A stretch of 64,000 nt of DNA from Candidatus Cloacimonadales bacterium (GTDB lineage Bacteria; Cloacimonadota; Cloacimonadia; Cloacimonadales; JAFGVF01). How positions within the stretch are numbered: position 1 is the first letter of the stretch; every line of letters starts with the position of its first letter. The stretch covers positions 928,001 through 992,000 of the forward strand of contig OY762964.1 in NCBI GenBank assembly GCA_963667035.1, given 5' to 3'. This document shows, in pieces, positions 43,194 through 53,479 of this stretch. The notes beneath the pieces were generated by a model that saw only the letters and a list, made by a program, of their open reading frames with translations, was not told where the DNA came from and did no database searches. The position numbers and the translations under genes are program-made.

Positions 43194-43992
43194 AAGCTTT
43201 CACTTTATACCGGCAGATAAAGAAGAATTATATGCAAGAGTTGAAGAACTCTCTGCAGACCATGTCATCTTTGATCTTGAAGACGGAGTTTCCGAGGCAG
43301 ATAAGATGTCTGCTCGAATTTTATTGCAAAACTATCTTGAGAATAACTCTCGTGATCGAATCTGGGTAAGAATCAATAGTGATAATAATCTTCCCGAAGA
43401 TATGGAGGTTGTAGGTCGTTTCCCTGAAGTAGGGGTAGTTATTCCAAAGTATAAAGAAAAAGGTCAACTTGATATTCTTCATCATAAGCAGAGAGCTTTA
43501 GTGTTGATTGAAGACTTCTTATCCTGTCAGAGGTTATTGGAAATAGCAGATGATAAGAGAATAGTTGCCGTAGGATTGGGATTTGAGGACATGCTTAGCA
43601 CAATTCCCATAGCTAATGCCCGATTAACAGAATTCATGAAACATATTCGTATGCAAGCTTCGATGAAAGCAAAAGCTTTAGGCAAAATCTCAGTTGATGG
43701 CATCTCTATGATATTCCATGATTTACTCTCACTTAAAGAAGAGTGCGAAGTGGCAAGAGATGCTGCTATTGATGGGAAACTTACTATTCATCCAAAGCAA
43801 ATTGCAGTTGTGAATCAAGTGTTTGGTATTGAGCAGGAATTATACAATCATGCTAAGCGAATCCAGGAATTGAGTGGTCTTGAATCTAATTTTGGTTACC
43901 AGATGATTGACGGAGAGTTGATAACACCACCGAAAGTGGAAAAAGCGAAAAAGATAATTGAATGTATTGAGGATAAAAATGGAAAAATATAG
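43183..43992 (+). CDS. CitE/HpcH-HpaI aldolase-citrate lyase family protein (divergent copy)
   Basis: RSFHFIPA, FDLEDGV, WVRIN, VIPK, GFED, GKLTIHPKQI. Confidence 0.8.
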   Translation: MQNRSFHFIPADKEELYARVEELSADHVIFDLEDGVSEADKMSARILLQNYLENNSRDRIWVRINSDNNLPEDMEVVGRFPEVGVVIPKYKEKGQLDILHHKQRALVLIEDFLSCQRLLEIADDKRIVAVGLGFEDMLSTIPIANARLTEFMKHIRMQASMKAKALGKISVDGISMIFHDLLSLKEECEVARDAAIDGKLTIHPKQIAVVNQVFGIEQELYNHAKRIQELSGLESNFGYQMIDGELITPPKVEKAKKIIECIEDKNGKI

Positions 43993-44887
43993 CTATCTTC
44001 TTAGAAGTCTGATGTTTGTCCCCGGACATAATGAAAAGTTGATGAAAAGTGCTAAGAAATCAATAGCAGATGCTCTTTTATTGGATCTTGAAGATTCCGT
44101 ACAGCCTGCAGAAAATAAAGCCGTGGCAAGAGCCCTAATAAAAGAACATGTTTCTCAGGGAGACTTCAAGAATTACCACGTTTTCCCAAGAGTAAACGAT
44201 AGAGAAAGCGGATATCTGTTAAAAGACGTTCATGAACTCTCGATTGAAGGAATTACAGGATTTATGTATCCTAAAGCACATAAAGGTGAGGATATCTACT
44301 TCTTTGATAAGTTACTTGAGACAATTGAGTATGAAAAAGGCTTTGAGATAGGTAAATTTAAGATCATCCCTCTCATAGAAACAGCTGCTGCCGTATTGAA
44401 TGCCCAGGAAATATGTCAGGCGTCCGATAGAGTTATTGGTATAGCTTTCGGATGTGAAGACTTTATTACTGATTTAGAAGGTATTCACGATAAGGATGAG
44501 AACAGTTTGTCGACACCTAGAGCAATGATTGCTATGGCGGCAAGAGCAAACAATGTGATTCCGATAGATACGGTGCATATAAATCTTCACGACCTTGATG
44601 ATTTGGAAAAGAACCTGATTATTGCAAAGAACTTCGGGTTTGAAGGAATGCTTATTCTTCATCCTAAAGAACTGGAACTTGCTCATCAATACTTCAGTCC
44701 TACTCAGAAAGAAATCGATGATGCCAGAGAAATGCTATATCTTTTCAACGAATCTCAGAAAGAGGGTAAAGGTGTGGCTTTAATGAATGGTAAGTTCATA
44801 GGACCTCCAATGGTGGCTACAGCTAAGAAGATTCTAAAGAAAGTAGAGTTGATTGAATATAAAAGGAAAAATCGCGATGATGGATAA
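43979..44887 (+). CDS. CitE-like CoA-ester (malyl/citramalyl-CoA-type) lyase
   Basis: RSLMFVPG, LDLEDSV, PRVN, PLIETA, FGCED, PIDTV, GFEGMLILHPKE. Start moved to ATG 43979. Confidence 0.88.
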   Translation: MEKYSYLLRSLMFVPGHNEKLMKSAKKSIADALLLDLEDSVQPAENKAVARALIKEHVSQGDFKNYHVFPRVNDRESGYLLKDVHELSIEGITGFMYPKAHKGEDIYFFDKLLETIEYEKGFEIGKFKIIPLIETAAAVLNAQEICQASDRVIGIAFGCEDFITDLEGIHDKDENSLSTPRAMIAMAARANNVIPIDTVHINLHDLDDLEKNLIIAKNFGFEGMLILHPKELELAHQYFSPTQKEIDDAREMLYLFNESQKEGKGVALMNGKFIGPPMVATAKKILKKVELIEYKRKNRDDG

Positions 44888-45671
44888 AGAGAAGACAATT
44901 GAAGAGGAATGGAACCTGTTTAATGAAGCAAAAGCTAAGTCTTTGATAAACAAATTAAAAAAGAAACGACTAAACGGTTATTATGCAGAGACAAGAGAAG
45001 ATGCTCAGAAGCTGGTTCTAGGTTTAATAAGCTCCTTTTCAATTGAATTGGAAGACTGGGAAGGAAAAATAGGAATCGCAGATAGTTTATCGTTACACCA
45101 GATAAATCTTTTTGAAGAGCTGTATGCTGATAATAAATTAGAGATAATAAATCCCTTTAAGCGTTTGGAAGACGGAAGATATAGTGTCTTTGAAGGGCAA
45201 CCTAACGAATGGATCCCTAAAGAGATATATGTACCACTTTTTAAGAAAGTATTTGATTTAGCACGGGAAGCATTGCTATCAGATGTTTTTATAACTAGTG
45301 CTAATGCTTTGACCTGGGAAGGAGAAATAGTCTCAACAGATGGTGTAGGGAATCGTATAGCGGGTGTTATATTCGGACCTAAGAAAGTAATTCTAGTTAT
45401 CGGTATGAATAAAATTGTGAAAGATAGAGATGCTGCTTTTGAAAGGATAAAACATATCTCTGCACCAATGAATCATATCAGACACTACAATAAGCATGAT
45501 ATTCAATTCAAGCGATTGGCTGATTTACCATGCGTTAAACAAGGATATTGTGTCGATTGTAATAGTCCTAATTGTACAAGAAGAGCATCAATTATTGTGC
45601 ATGGTCCTGTAGAAGATTTATACAAAGATAGAATACATATTGTTCTGGTTGGAGAAGAGATAGGGTTATAA
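44877..45671 (+). CDS. LUD-domain (lactate-utilisation-like) protein with C-terminal Cys cluster
   Basis: DVFITSANALTWEGEIVSTDGVGNRIAGVIFGPKKVILVIGMNKIV, PCVKQGYCVDCNSPNC, VLVGEEIG. Confidence 0.8.
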   Translation: MMDKEKTIEEEWNLFNEAKAKSLINKLKKKRLNGYYAETREDAQKLVLGLISSFSIELEDWEGKIGIADSLSLHQINLFEELYADNKLEIINPFKRLEDGRYSVFEGQPNEWIPKEIYVPLFKKVFDLAREALLSDVFITSANALTWEGEIVSTDGVGNRIAGVIFGPKKVILVIGMNKIVKDRDAAFERIKHISAPMNHIRHYNKHDIQFKRLADLPCVKQGYCVDCNSPNCTRRASIIVHGPVEDLYKDRIHIVLVGEEIGL

Positions 45672-45693
45672 GAGAGCATTCTGTTTAGGAGGT

Positions 45694-46992
45694 ATGCAAA
45701 TGAGTTTGCCATCCCATTTTACAATGGCATCAGCTATAATAAAGAATTTCATTTTCTATACTCGAAGTATTAACTGGAGTAAGGAAAGATTAAACGAGTA
45801 TCAAAACAAGAAGCTTGTAGAAATAGTGCAATACGCAGGGAAGCATGTTCCGTATTATAGAAACTTGTTTAAAGAAATAGGTCTGGATACAAAAAACTTT
45901 AAAGGGATAGAAGACATTGAGTTAATCCCTTTACTCGATAAGGATACCCTACGAACCCGAAGTAAAGAGTTTATCTCGGATGTTAGTAGTCATTACAAAG
46001 TAAGTATTAATACGACTAGTGGTTCAACAGGTACTCCATTAAACCTTCATATTGATAATGTTAGCAGTTCTCACAAGTATGGAGCTTTTGCGACAGCATA
46101 TATATGGAGTGGATATAAAATTGGAGGGTTAAGATTTGTAATTAAGGGATTCTCAGAATCAAAATCAGAGCCTTATGGGTATGATTTACTCAGAAACATG
46201 ATATTCTTAAATTCAAGCAAGATGACTCGTGAAAATTGCTTGGGTGTATTGAAACTACTAAATAAAAAGAAAATTAACATATATGAAGGATATGCTCGCT
46301 CTTTTATTGATTTCTATCAATACATCGAAGAGTCGGGCGTGAAAATAATTCCCCCTAAAGGTCTTATTTGTTACGGGGAGACTGTTACATCTACAATGAG
46401 AGAGTTTATTGAAAAATCATATAAGACAAATCTATATGATTTTTACAGTCACGCAGAAAATAGTGTTATGATATGCCAAGCAAGTGATTGTAACTTGTAC
46501 TTTATGGAGAGTTATTTTTACCCAGAATTGATTAATAGTGACGGTTCACAATCTGAAAGTGGATTTGGTGAACTAGTAGGAACTAGTTTCAATAACTATG
46601 CAATGCCACTGATAAGGTATAAGACAAGAGATTATATAAAAATGTGTCCCAATCAATCTGATTCAACTTTTAGAAGAGTTGAATCAATTGAAGGGAGAAT
46701 GGATGATCATATACTTTTACCTGATGGAAGAAAGATTTATTTTGCTGAGGGAGCAATAAACTATGCAACAGGAGTCATTGCTGCTCAATACATTCAAGAA
46801 GATAGAGAGAGTCTGATTGTTAATCTAATAACAGACAGTAGCTTTGATGAAAGATCATATACAGGAATTCAAGCAGGACTTGAGAAGAGAATAGGTGATA
46901 GTCTGAAATTAGTATTTAGAAGAGTTAACGAATTGGAAAAGAAGAAATCAGGTAAAGCACCTTTTATAATTAATAGAATAAAGGAGAATTAG
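45694..46992 (+). CDS. PaaK/CapK-like adenylate-forming CoA ligase
   Basis: HVPYYR, IPLLDKD, TTSGSTGTP, YSHAE, AMPLIRYKTRD, IEGRMDD. Confidence 0.85.
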   Translation: MQMSLPSHFTMASAIIKNFIFYTRSINWSKERLNEYQNKKLVEIVQYAGKHVPYYRNLFKEIGLDTKNFKGIEDIELIPLLDKDTLRTRSKEFISDVSSHYKVSINTTSGSTGTPLNLHIDNVSSSHKYGAFATAYIWSGYKIGGLRFVIKGFSESKSEPYGYDLLRNMIFLNSSKMTRENCLGVLKLLNKKKINIYEGYARSFIDFYQYIEESGVKIIPPKGLICYGETVTSTMREFIEKSYKTNLYDFYSHAENSVMICQASDCNLYFMESYFYPELINSDGSQSESGFGELVGTSFNNYAMPLIRYKTRDYIKMCPNQSDSTFRRVESIEGRMDDHILLPDGRKIYFAEGAINYATGVIAAQYIQEDRESLIVNLITDSSFDERSYTGIQAGLEKRIGDSLKLVFRRVNELEKKKSGKAPFIINRIKEN

Positions 46993-47966
46993 TGTATAAA
47001 AAGATTCTGATATTCATAGTGGTATTAGCGATTGTTAGTGTTTCGGTAATAGGAGTGATATATAAAAAATATATCAGCTATTCCTATAAATTTATTCCTC
47101 GTTGGTCGATTGGTGTAGCAAACTATGATGGTGAGATTAATAGTGATACAAACGAATATGCATTAGCTTTTACAAAAGATAATATCTTATATGACAATTC
47201 TTGCTTTGTAGCTGATCCTTATGTGTTGAAAACCGATAGTTTATACTACATGTTCTATGAGAATGGAATTGCAACTGAGAATTACTGGAAAGGCGTAATT
47301 AATTTAGCGGTTAGCAAGGATAAAGTAAACTGGAAGGATTGCGGAACAATTATCAATGAGAAGAATACAATTGCTTTTCCAATTGTATACAAGAATGATA
47401 ACGATTACTATATGACAATTGATAGTTCCGGTTTGGGGGAATTGATAATTTACAAAGCGTTAGAATTTCCTAATAAATGGGCTTGTGTAGATACTCTAAT
47501 ACACGGAGAATGGAGTGATCCGGTTATTCATTACGAGAAAGGACGTTATTATCTATTTACTTCCGAAAGATATACTCATAATGCTCATCTTTTTACATCT
47601 GATGATATTTTAGGTCCATATAAAGAGCACCCTGATAGTCCGATTGTCATGAATAACAAGGCAGTTGGAAGAAACGCAGGAAAGATATTCAGTTATAAAG
47701 GAAATACTTACAGACCGGTACAGGACTGCAGTGAGTTATATGGTAAACAAGTTCGCCTATTGAGAATAGAAACACTTAATGAAAATGACTACATTGAAAA
47801 CGAAGAGAAGAATTCTCCGGTTTTGATCCCTAACGGAGATAGTTGGTACAGTAAAAAGATGCACACATTTAATGTGATTGAAACAGAAGGGGATAAAATA
47901 AGTTTTATAATAGATGGAACCTATGTGGATTATGATAAGACATTAGTAGTTAGGAAGAGGTTATAA
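46992..47966 (+). CDS. Exported five-bladed beta-propeller (GH43/GINT1-N-like) protein
   Basis: N-terminal anchor, FVADPYV, YMFYE, AFP, EFPNKW, EHPDSPI, RNAG, YRPVQDC. Confidence 0.7.
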   Translation: MYKKILIFIVVLAIVSVSVIGVIYKKYISYSYKFIPRWSIGVANYDGEINSDTNEYALAFTKDNILYDNSCFVADPYVLKTDSLYYMFYENGIATENYWKGVINLAVSKDKVNWKDCGTIINEKNTIAFPIVYKNDNDYYMTIDSSGLGELIIYKALEFPNKWACVDTLIHGEWSDPVIHYEKGRYYLFTSERYTHNAHLFTSDDILGPYKEHPDSPIVMNNKAVGRNAGKIFSYKGNTYRPVQDCSELYGKQVRLLRIETLNENDYIENEEKNSPVLIPNGDSWYSKKMHTFNVIETEGDKISFIIDGTYVDYDKTLVVRKRL

Positions 47967-49022
47967 ATGATAGAGAATTTGGGCTTTTTATCAATGAGGT
48001 TTGAGAAGAATGAGAAAAGAGATTTTAGACCCGAGTTTTTTAGTAATTTAGCTGATTTACCGCAGAAAATAAAACTTGATTACGGATATGGCGAGAAGCT
48101 GGGTTATACAAGAGAGGATTATCTTAGATTAGCTGATAATATTGAGTTTTGTAATAGAAGAGAAGTTTTACAAACAGACTGTCTTGTAGCTGTGAGAACA
48201 CCGATATTGGAAGAGTTAGAGATGATGAAAGAAGGAGCTACAATCTTTTCAATGCTTCATTTCTCAACTCGTTCAAGTAGAAATAGTTTTCTTAAAGCGA
48301 AAGAAATACACATGTATGCTATGGATTCTGTTACTGATGATTTTGGACAAAGAATGATTCAAGATTTCTCTGGAACAGCAAAGAATGCAATCGAGAGTTG
48401 TTTTAATATTATTGATAGAGATAGTATACCAAGTCAATGTAGAACATTAGTACTAGGCTCCGGTGAACTAGGAAAAATCTGTGCTGATAGTGCAATCCGA
48501 TTGTCTCCAATACCTTCAATAGCAGCTACTGTAGGGAAGAGAATTACTGCCGACCAGAAAGAAATGGAATTCTTACTCCGTCAGACTGATATTTTAATTG
48601 ATGCAACTAAGAGAGTAGAAACAAGCAAATATATTATTCCAAATGAATGGATAAGTTATCTGCCTGAGCATGCCGTTATTGTTGATATATCAGCTGATGA
48701 TTACGATACTTCCATTCAGCCCATTCAAGTTAAAGGTATTGAGGGGATACCTACAGGATGTTTAGATAAGTATGTTTTTGATGTGGATGATCCAATATAT
48801 GAATTGATACCAGAATCTGTAAGTACAGAACACAGAAGAAAAGTAGTGAGTTGTAATGCATGGCCCGGAGTTAATGCCTGCTATTGTTTAAACAAGTATG
48901 AGAAACAATTGCTGCCTTTCATATACTTATTGTCAAATAAGAATGAATTCTTAGAAAGTAGTGCTGATGTTTTTGAGAGAGCTTTGTATAGAAGTAGGTA
49001 TTGTAATAATTGTTGGAAATGA
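47967..49022 (+). CDS. AlaDH/PNT-fold oxidoreductase, N5-(carboxyethyl)ornithine synthase-like
   Basis: EKNEKRDFRP, YGYGEKLG, SMLHF, Rossmann LVLGSGELG, AVIVDISAD. Confidence 0.65.
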   Translation: MIENLGFLSMRFEKNEKRDFRPEFFSNLADLPQKIKLDYGYGEKLGYTREDYLRLADNIEFCNRREVLQTDCLVAVRTPILEELEMMKEGATIFSMLHFSTRSSRNSFLKAKEIHMYAMDSVTDDFGQRMIQDFSGTAKNAIESCFNIIDRDSIPSQCRTLVLGSGELGKICADSAIRLSPIPSIAATVGKRITADQKEMEFLLRQTDILIDATKRVETSKYIIPNEWISYLPEHAVIVDISADDYDTSIQPIQVKGIEGIPTGCLDKYVFDVDDPIYELIPESVSTEHRRKVVSCNAWPGVNACYCLNKYEKQLLPFIYLLSNKNEFLESSADVFERALYRSRYCNNCWK

Positions 49023-49253
49023 TAATATGAATTGACTTTTACACATAAATAAAACAGTTTTCTCAGAATATAATTTGACGAGTTTGCAAATTATTAAACT
49101 CATCTCTTGATGAAGAAAGAATTCTCTTTTCTACATTGAGAGATTTTTTGTTTACTAAATGCGAAAGTCTTTTACTTCTAAATTTGAGTAACAGCACAAG
49201 CATTCGAAATGAAGTTGTCGATGAAGAGACGATTATTAAGGAGTAACCGATTA

Positions 49254-50732
49254 ATGGGTAATAGTAACCAGTTTACGAAGAATGTGTTTATTGTATCTTT
49301 AGGTCCAATTATAGCAGCAGTTATCTCTTTGCTGGCGGAACCAATTATTTCCCGATTATGGCCACCCTTTGACTTTGGTATGATATCATACTTTAATGCC
49401 TTGGTTGCTTCCGTTTCTCCAATTATCTTTCTAAGATACAATTTTGCTATAGTTCAAGCCGGAGATAAAGAAGAAAGGCATAGCTTATTAGTTTTATCAT
49501 TAATGGTTATGGTTCTGTTTATTATCCTTGCATATTCAATATTTCCCATGATTTCACATCTATTTAAGAGTGACTTCCCATTCGCTAAATATCGTCTATT
49601 ACTCTTTACTACAATAGTTTTTGCAGGACAATACACCCTTTTTAGATTTTGGTCGACTAGTGAGAAAAGATTTTCGAGTATTGCATTGTCAGTGATTATA
49701 CTGCAGAGTTCGAACACAATACTGATGCTTTTGTTTGGGTACTTGGGTAAAGCTACTTATGATTATGGTATTATTGCCAGATCATTGTCTTATATTCTTT
49801 GTCCATTAGTAATGTTAGTGATATATCTAAGAAAAGATTTTCCTACTACTTTGAAGATTGTCAGTTGGAAATCAATATTAAAAGTGATGACTAAGTATAA
49901 GAAATATCCTTTGTTAGATTTATGGGGTATTTGGGCTAGCACTTTATCATATCATATCCCGACAGTTTTTATTGCAAAGTATTGGGGACAAGAGATTACC
50001 GGTTTATTCTCGAAAGCTTTTGGGATTCTATATATGATAGTGCTGTTTTTAGGAGATGCCGTAAATAGAGTATTTCATAAAGAAATAGCGGATATGGTTA
50101 ACTCTAAGAGAGATATCTCTGAGTTTCTCAAGAAGGTTGTTGCAACTCTATCGCAGTTATCTCTTCTTCCATTTATACTTCTAATGTTGATAGGACCTGA
50201 AATATTTAGCTTTGTCTTAGGAGAAGTATGGGTTGAAGCAGGTAAGTTTGCAGGAGCAATCTCATTGTGGATGTATTCAATTCTGATTTCAACTGCAGTA
50301 ATACCTCTATATGGAGTTTTAAACAGGCAAGGTCAGATGACTACTTTCTCGATTACTAATGCAGTGTTGAAAGTTGGAATGCTTGTCTTTCTTGGTGGCA
50401 TAGGGATGTCAGGGTTAACTGCTGTATCTATATTCTCAGTAATTAGTACAATTATGATGATAATCCAGTTCTCTATTATTATAAGAATTGCTGGAGTTTC
50501 TTTAATCTCACTGCTTAAAGTGATAGTAAAACCTATATTGCAATTAGTACCACTGATAGTAGTTGTGTTTTCATTAAAACACTTTACTGTACTTCTGGGG
50601 AATAGATTGGTAATTGTTACCGGAATACTTTCTTTACCGTATGCTTATTGGTTCTATTATAAGCAAAAAAACATTCAAAGCATAATAAAGCATGGAATTG
50701 CAATAGTAAAATCCAGGTTACCAAGAAGATAA
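49254..50732 (+). CDS. wzx: Wzx-type oligosaccharide flippase
   Basis: About 12-14 TM segments, PIISRLWPPFDFG, LRYNFAIV, KYKKYP, GEVWVEAG. AAGGAG RBS before ATG 49254. Confidence 0.8.
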   Translation: MGNSNQFTKNVFIVSLGPIIAAVISLLAEPIISRLWPPFDFGMISYFNALVASVSPIIFLRYNFAIVQAGDKEERHSLLVLSLMVMVLFIILAYSIFPMISHLFKSDFPFAKYRLLLFTTIVFAGQYTLFRFWSTSEKRFSSIALSVIILQSSNTILMLLFGYLGKATYDYGIIARSLSYILCPLVMLVIYLRKDFPTTLKIVSWKSILKVMTKYKKYPLLDLWGIWASTLSYHIPTVFIAKYWGQEITGLFSKAFGILYMIVLFLGDAVNRVFHKEIADMVNSKRDISEFLKKVVATLSQLSLLPFILLMLIGPEIFSFVLGEVWVEAGKFAGAISLWMYSILISTAVIPLYGVLNRQGQMTTFSITNAVLKVGMLVFLGGIGMSGLTAVSIFSVISTIMMIIQFSIIIRIAGVSLISLLKVIVKPILQLVPLIVVVFSLKHFTVLLGNRLVIVTGILSLPYAYWFYYKQKNIQSIIKHGIAIVKSRLPRR

Positions 50733-50744
50733 TCTATGATTCTG

Positions 50745-51884
50745 CTATTGTTCTCCGTGAAGTATGTTTAAAATATCTTCTCTACTATCTGATGTTACAA
50801 TTATGTAACCGTATCTTTCAGCACTGTTAGTGACAGCATCACGAATATCATTGCTAAAAATCTCGAATTCTTTAACTATCTCCGGATGCTTCAATTGTAT
50901 ATCTTTGAAGTAATGTAAATCATTACTATTTATTATCCATTTAATGGATGAATAGCTAGTTGGTTTTACGGGAGGAATTGTCACGATCATTCCAATTGCA
51001 TTCTTAACAACTAATTCCACGATATCAATGCCAGTTGATAGTTTTATGAGTTTATTTCTGAAGTCACCACCTAGACGGGCTCCTATTTCGACAAAGAAAA
51101 CATTATTGTCGTTGACTCTTATCTCTGTATGTGAGGCACCACTAACTACTCCTAGAGCGGTAAGTGCTTCTTTGGTTAATCTGATTGCTTTTTGAAGAAT
51201 ATCACCGTGTAGATTACCAGGTATAATATTCATTCTTTCAACAAAAGATGGAGCACCGGTATGGAACTCATCTGTAATAGCAATAAAATGATGTTCTCCA
51301 TTTTGTGTAAACATTTCAACACTAAACTGCTTCCCTTCAAAGTATTCTTCAATAAGTACTTTATCTTTAAAAGAAACACTTAAAGCATCTTTTATAGCAA
51401 AATCCAATTCCTCAATAGAGTTTACAAGATTTACTCCTCTAGCTCCTGATCTGTCTGTTGCTTTAATCATAAAGGGGAAATGCCACTTGGTTAAATCGAT
51501 ATCTTTAATCGAAGAGATAAACTCAAATCTAGGAGATGGGAGGTTATTCTCAGCTAGTTTCCTACGCATTAGATACTTGTTGGTTGTTGATTCGGTACAA
51601 TCCAGAGAATTGCCTATTAATCCTAGTTTATTTGCTATGTAGTTTACTGTTGGCATCGCTAAATCTGATGCTATGGAAACAACTCCATCCGGTGAAATAG
51701 CCTTGCACTGCTCTAATATTTTATCTTTGTCTGTAATCGATATTGGGTAGAAGAAATCACAATATTCTTTTGCAATTGCACCGTCTTCCCAAGCAAATAC
51801 GTGAGACTCCAGTCCAAGCTCTTTTGCTTTCAAAACTAATGGTAGCTGCAAGAAAGAAGCTCCAATAATTACCAATTTCTTCAC
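50745..51884 (-). CDS. ATP-grasp domain ligase
   Basis: IGASFLQLP, NKYLMR, IKATDRSGARGV, IEEYFEG, HTEIR, VEIGARLGGD, RYGY. Confidence 0.85.
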   Translation of the reverse strand: MKKLVIIGASFLQLPLVLKAKELGLESHVFAWEDGAIAKEYCDFFYPISITDKDKILEQCKAISPDGVVSIASDLAMPTVNYIANKLGLIGNSLDCTESTTNKYLMRRKLAENNLPSPRFEFISSIKDIDLTKWHFPFMIKATDRSGARGVNLVNSIEELDFAIKDALSVSFKDKVLIEEYFEGKQFSVEMFTQNGEHHFIAITDEFHTGAPSFVERMNIIPGNLHGDILQKAIRLTKEALTALGVVSGASHTEIRVNDNNVFFVEIGARLGGDFRNKLIKLSTGIDIVELVVKNAIGMIVTIPPVKPTSYSSIKWIINSNDLHYFKDIQLKHPEIVKEFEIFSNDIRDAVTNSAERYGYIIVTSDSREDILNILHGEQ

Positions 51885-52534
51885 TATTTTGCCATCCTTA
51901 AGAATTTTGCCGGATTTCCTACCCAGATTTCGTTGGCATTAACATTTTTAGTTAAAACCGCTCCCATTCCTATCGTGGCATTATCACCAATAACCAAATT
52001 CTCTCTAATCGTTGAGTTCAAGCCAATATGGACACCTGTTCCGATGCTAAGATAGGCTCCGACACATGCTTGAGCAGCAACATGAGTGTATTCTCCCAGA
52101 GTAGTGTCATGTCCTATAGTACAAGATACCATCAGAAGAACTCCTTTTTTAAGTACTGCTCCTGACGATATAGCAACATAGGGCATTATAACACTTCCGG
52201 GTGCAACTTTAACATTAGGTGCTACATAAGCTAAAGGATGAATAAAGGTTGCAAGTGATGATTGCGGTATGTTTAACTTCTCAAACATATCAATACGTTC
52301 TTGTTGTCCATCAATTCTAAGTATAGTATTGATGAAATAATAGCCTTTAGCTACAAAATCTGAAGCTTCAGAAATTTTGCCAAGAACCGGGAAACCTTGT
52401 ATCTCATTTGATTCTCTATCATTTAAGTACCCGGCAAACTCCCACTCGGTTTGCCCACGTTTATTTGCATCTACTATGGCATTAGCAATGACTGAGCCAT
52501 TACCAAGACCTCCGAGGATTATAATTTTTTTCAT
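51884..52534 (-). CDS. NeuD/PglD-like hexapeptide-repeat sugar acyltransferase
   Basis: GGLGNG, FIHPLA, IGHD, hexapeptide repeats, IGMGAV, VGNPAK. Confidence 0.88.
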   Translation of the reverse strand: MKKIIILGGLGNGSVIANAIVDANKRGQTEWEFAGYLNDRESNEIQGFPVLGKISEASDFVAKGYYFINTILRIDGQQERIDMFEKLNIPQSSLATFIHPLAYVAPNVKVAPGSVIMPYVAISSGAVLKKGVLLMVSCTIGHDTTLGEYTHVAAQACVGAYLSIGTGVHIGLNSTIRENLVIGDNATIGMGAVLTKNVNANEIWVGNPAKFLRMAK

Positions 52535-52550
52535 TTGAGCTCCTATTAAG

Positions 52551-53474
52551 CTAGATAATTTTCTCTATTACATAATTGGGTCTATTCTTTGTTTCAAGAT
52601 AAACTCTTCCCAAATACTCTCCAATAACTCCTAAAAAAACAAAAAGAATACCGAACAAAAAGAGTTGGATTACAATAATTGAAGTCCAACCCGGTAAAAG
52701 AGAATTAGAGAAGATTCTATTAACTATCAGTAAAATCATACATAAAAAACTAATAATTGCCAGTATAATACCACTTACGGTTGCCATTTTAATCGGAAAA
52801 AGAGAGTATGAGAATATACGTTGAGCAGTTAAAGAAAGACTCTTCTTCAATGTGTAACCGGATTTCCCTGCAAACCTTGAATCTCTATTAAGAGGTACCG
52901 GAGTATAACTTAATCCTGACCAGTATAGTAAACTTAGTACAGTTCCGGTAGATTCATTGATTGTTAGTAATGGCTTTATTGCTTCTGCTCTCATTATTCT
53001 AAATACACCCAAACCTCTTTCATAGTGTATATTCGTAACTTTTTGTGAAAAATTATAGAAGAGGGCAGATGCAAGCTTCTTGCTTAAAGAGTCATCTCTT
53101 GACTCCCATAGAGCAATAGCCATTACCGTATCTTTCGTTAACATCTCACGAAGTAATGTTGGAATATCTTCCGGTCTGTCCTGTAAATCCGAATCCATGA
53201 GTACAATGAAATCATTCTTTACTTGATGTAATCCGGCCGCAATAGCAGATGCTTGTCCGAAGTTTCGTGCGAGTTTTACTAACTTAAGATTGGGATTTTC
53301 TACTTTATGCTCAATAATAACATTAACCGATTTATCTTTTGAACCATCATCAACAAAAATAATCTCATAATCATCAGTAATGCTCTCACAAACAGGAACA
53401 AGTCTCTTAAGAAGTTCAGATAGCACTTCTTCGTCATTGTACACAGGAATTACAACCGAGATACTTTCTTTCAT
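52551..53474 (-). CDS. GT2 polyprenyl-phosphate glycosyltransferase (ArnC/GtrB-like)
   Basis: VVIPVYND, VDDGSKD, RNFGQ, MDSDLQD, two C-terminal TMs, GEYLGRVYLE..RP.Y. Confidence 0.9.
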   Translation of the reverse strand: MKESISVVIPVYNDEEVLSELLKRLVPVCESITDDYEIIFVDDGSKDKSVNVIIEHKVENPNLKLVKLARNFGQASAIAAGLHQVKNDFIVLMDSDLQDRPEDIPTLLREMLTKDTVMAIALWESRDDSLSKKLASALFYNFSQKVTNIHYERGLGVFRIMRAEAIKPLLTINESTGTVLSLLYWSGLSYTPVPLNRDSRFAGKSGYTLKKSLSLTAQRIFSYSLFPIKMATVSGIILAIISFLCMILLIVNRIFSNSLLPGWTSIIVIQLFLFGILFVFLGVIGEYLGRVYLETKNRPNYVIEKII

Positions 53475-53479
53475 ATAAA

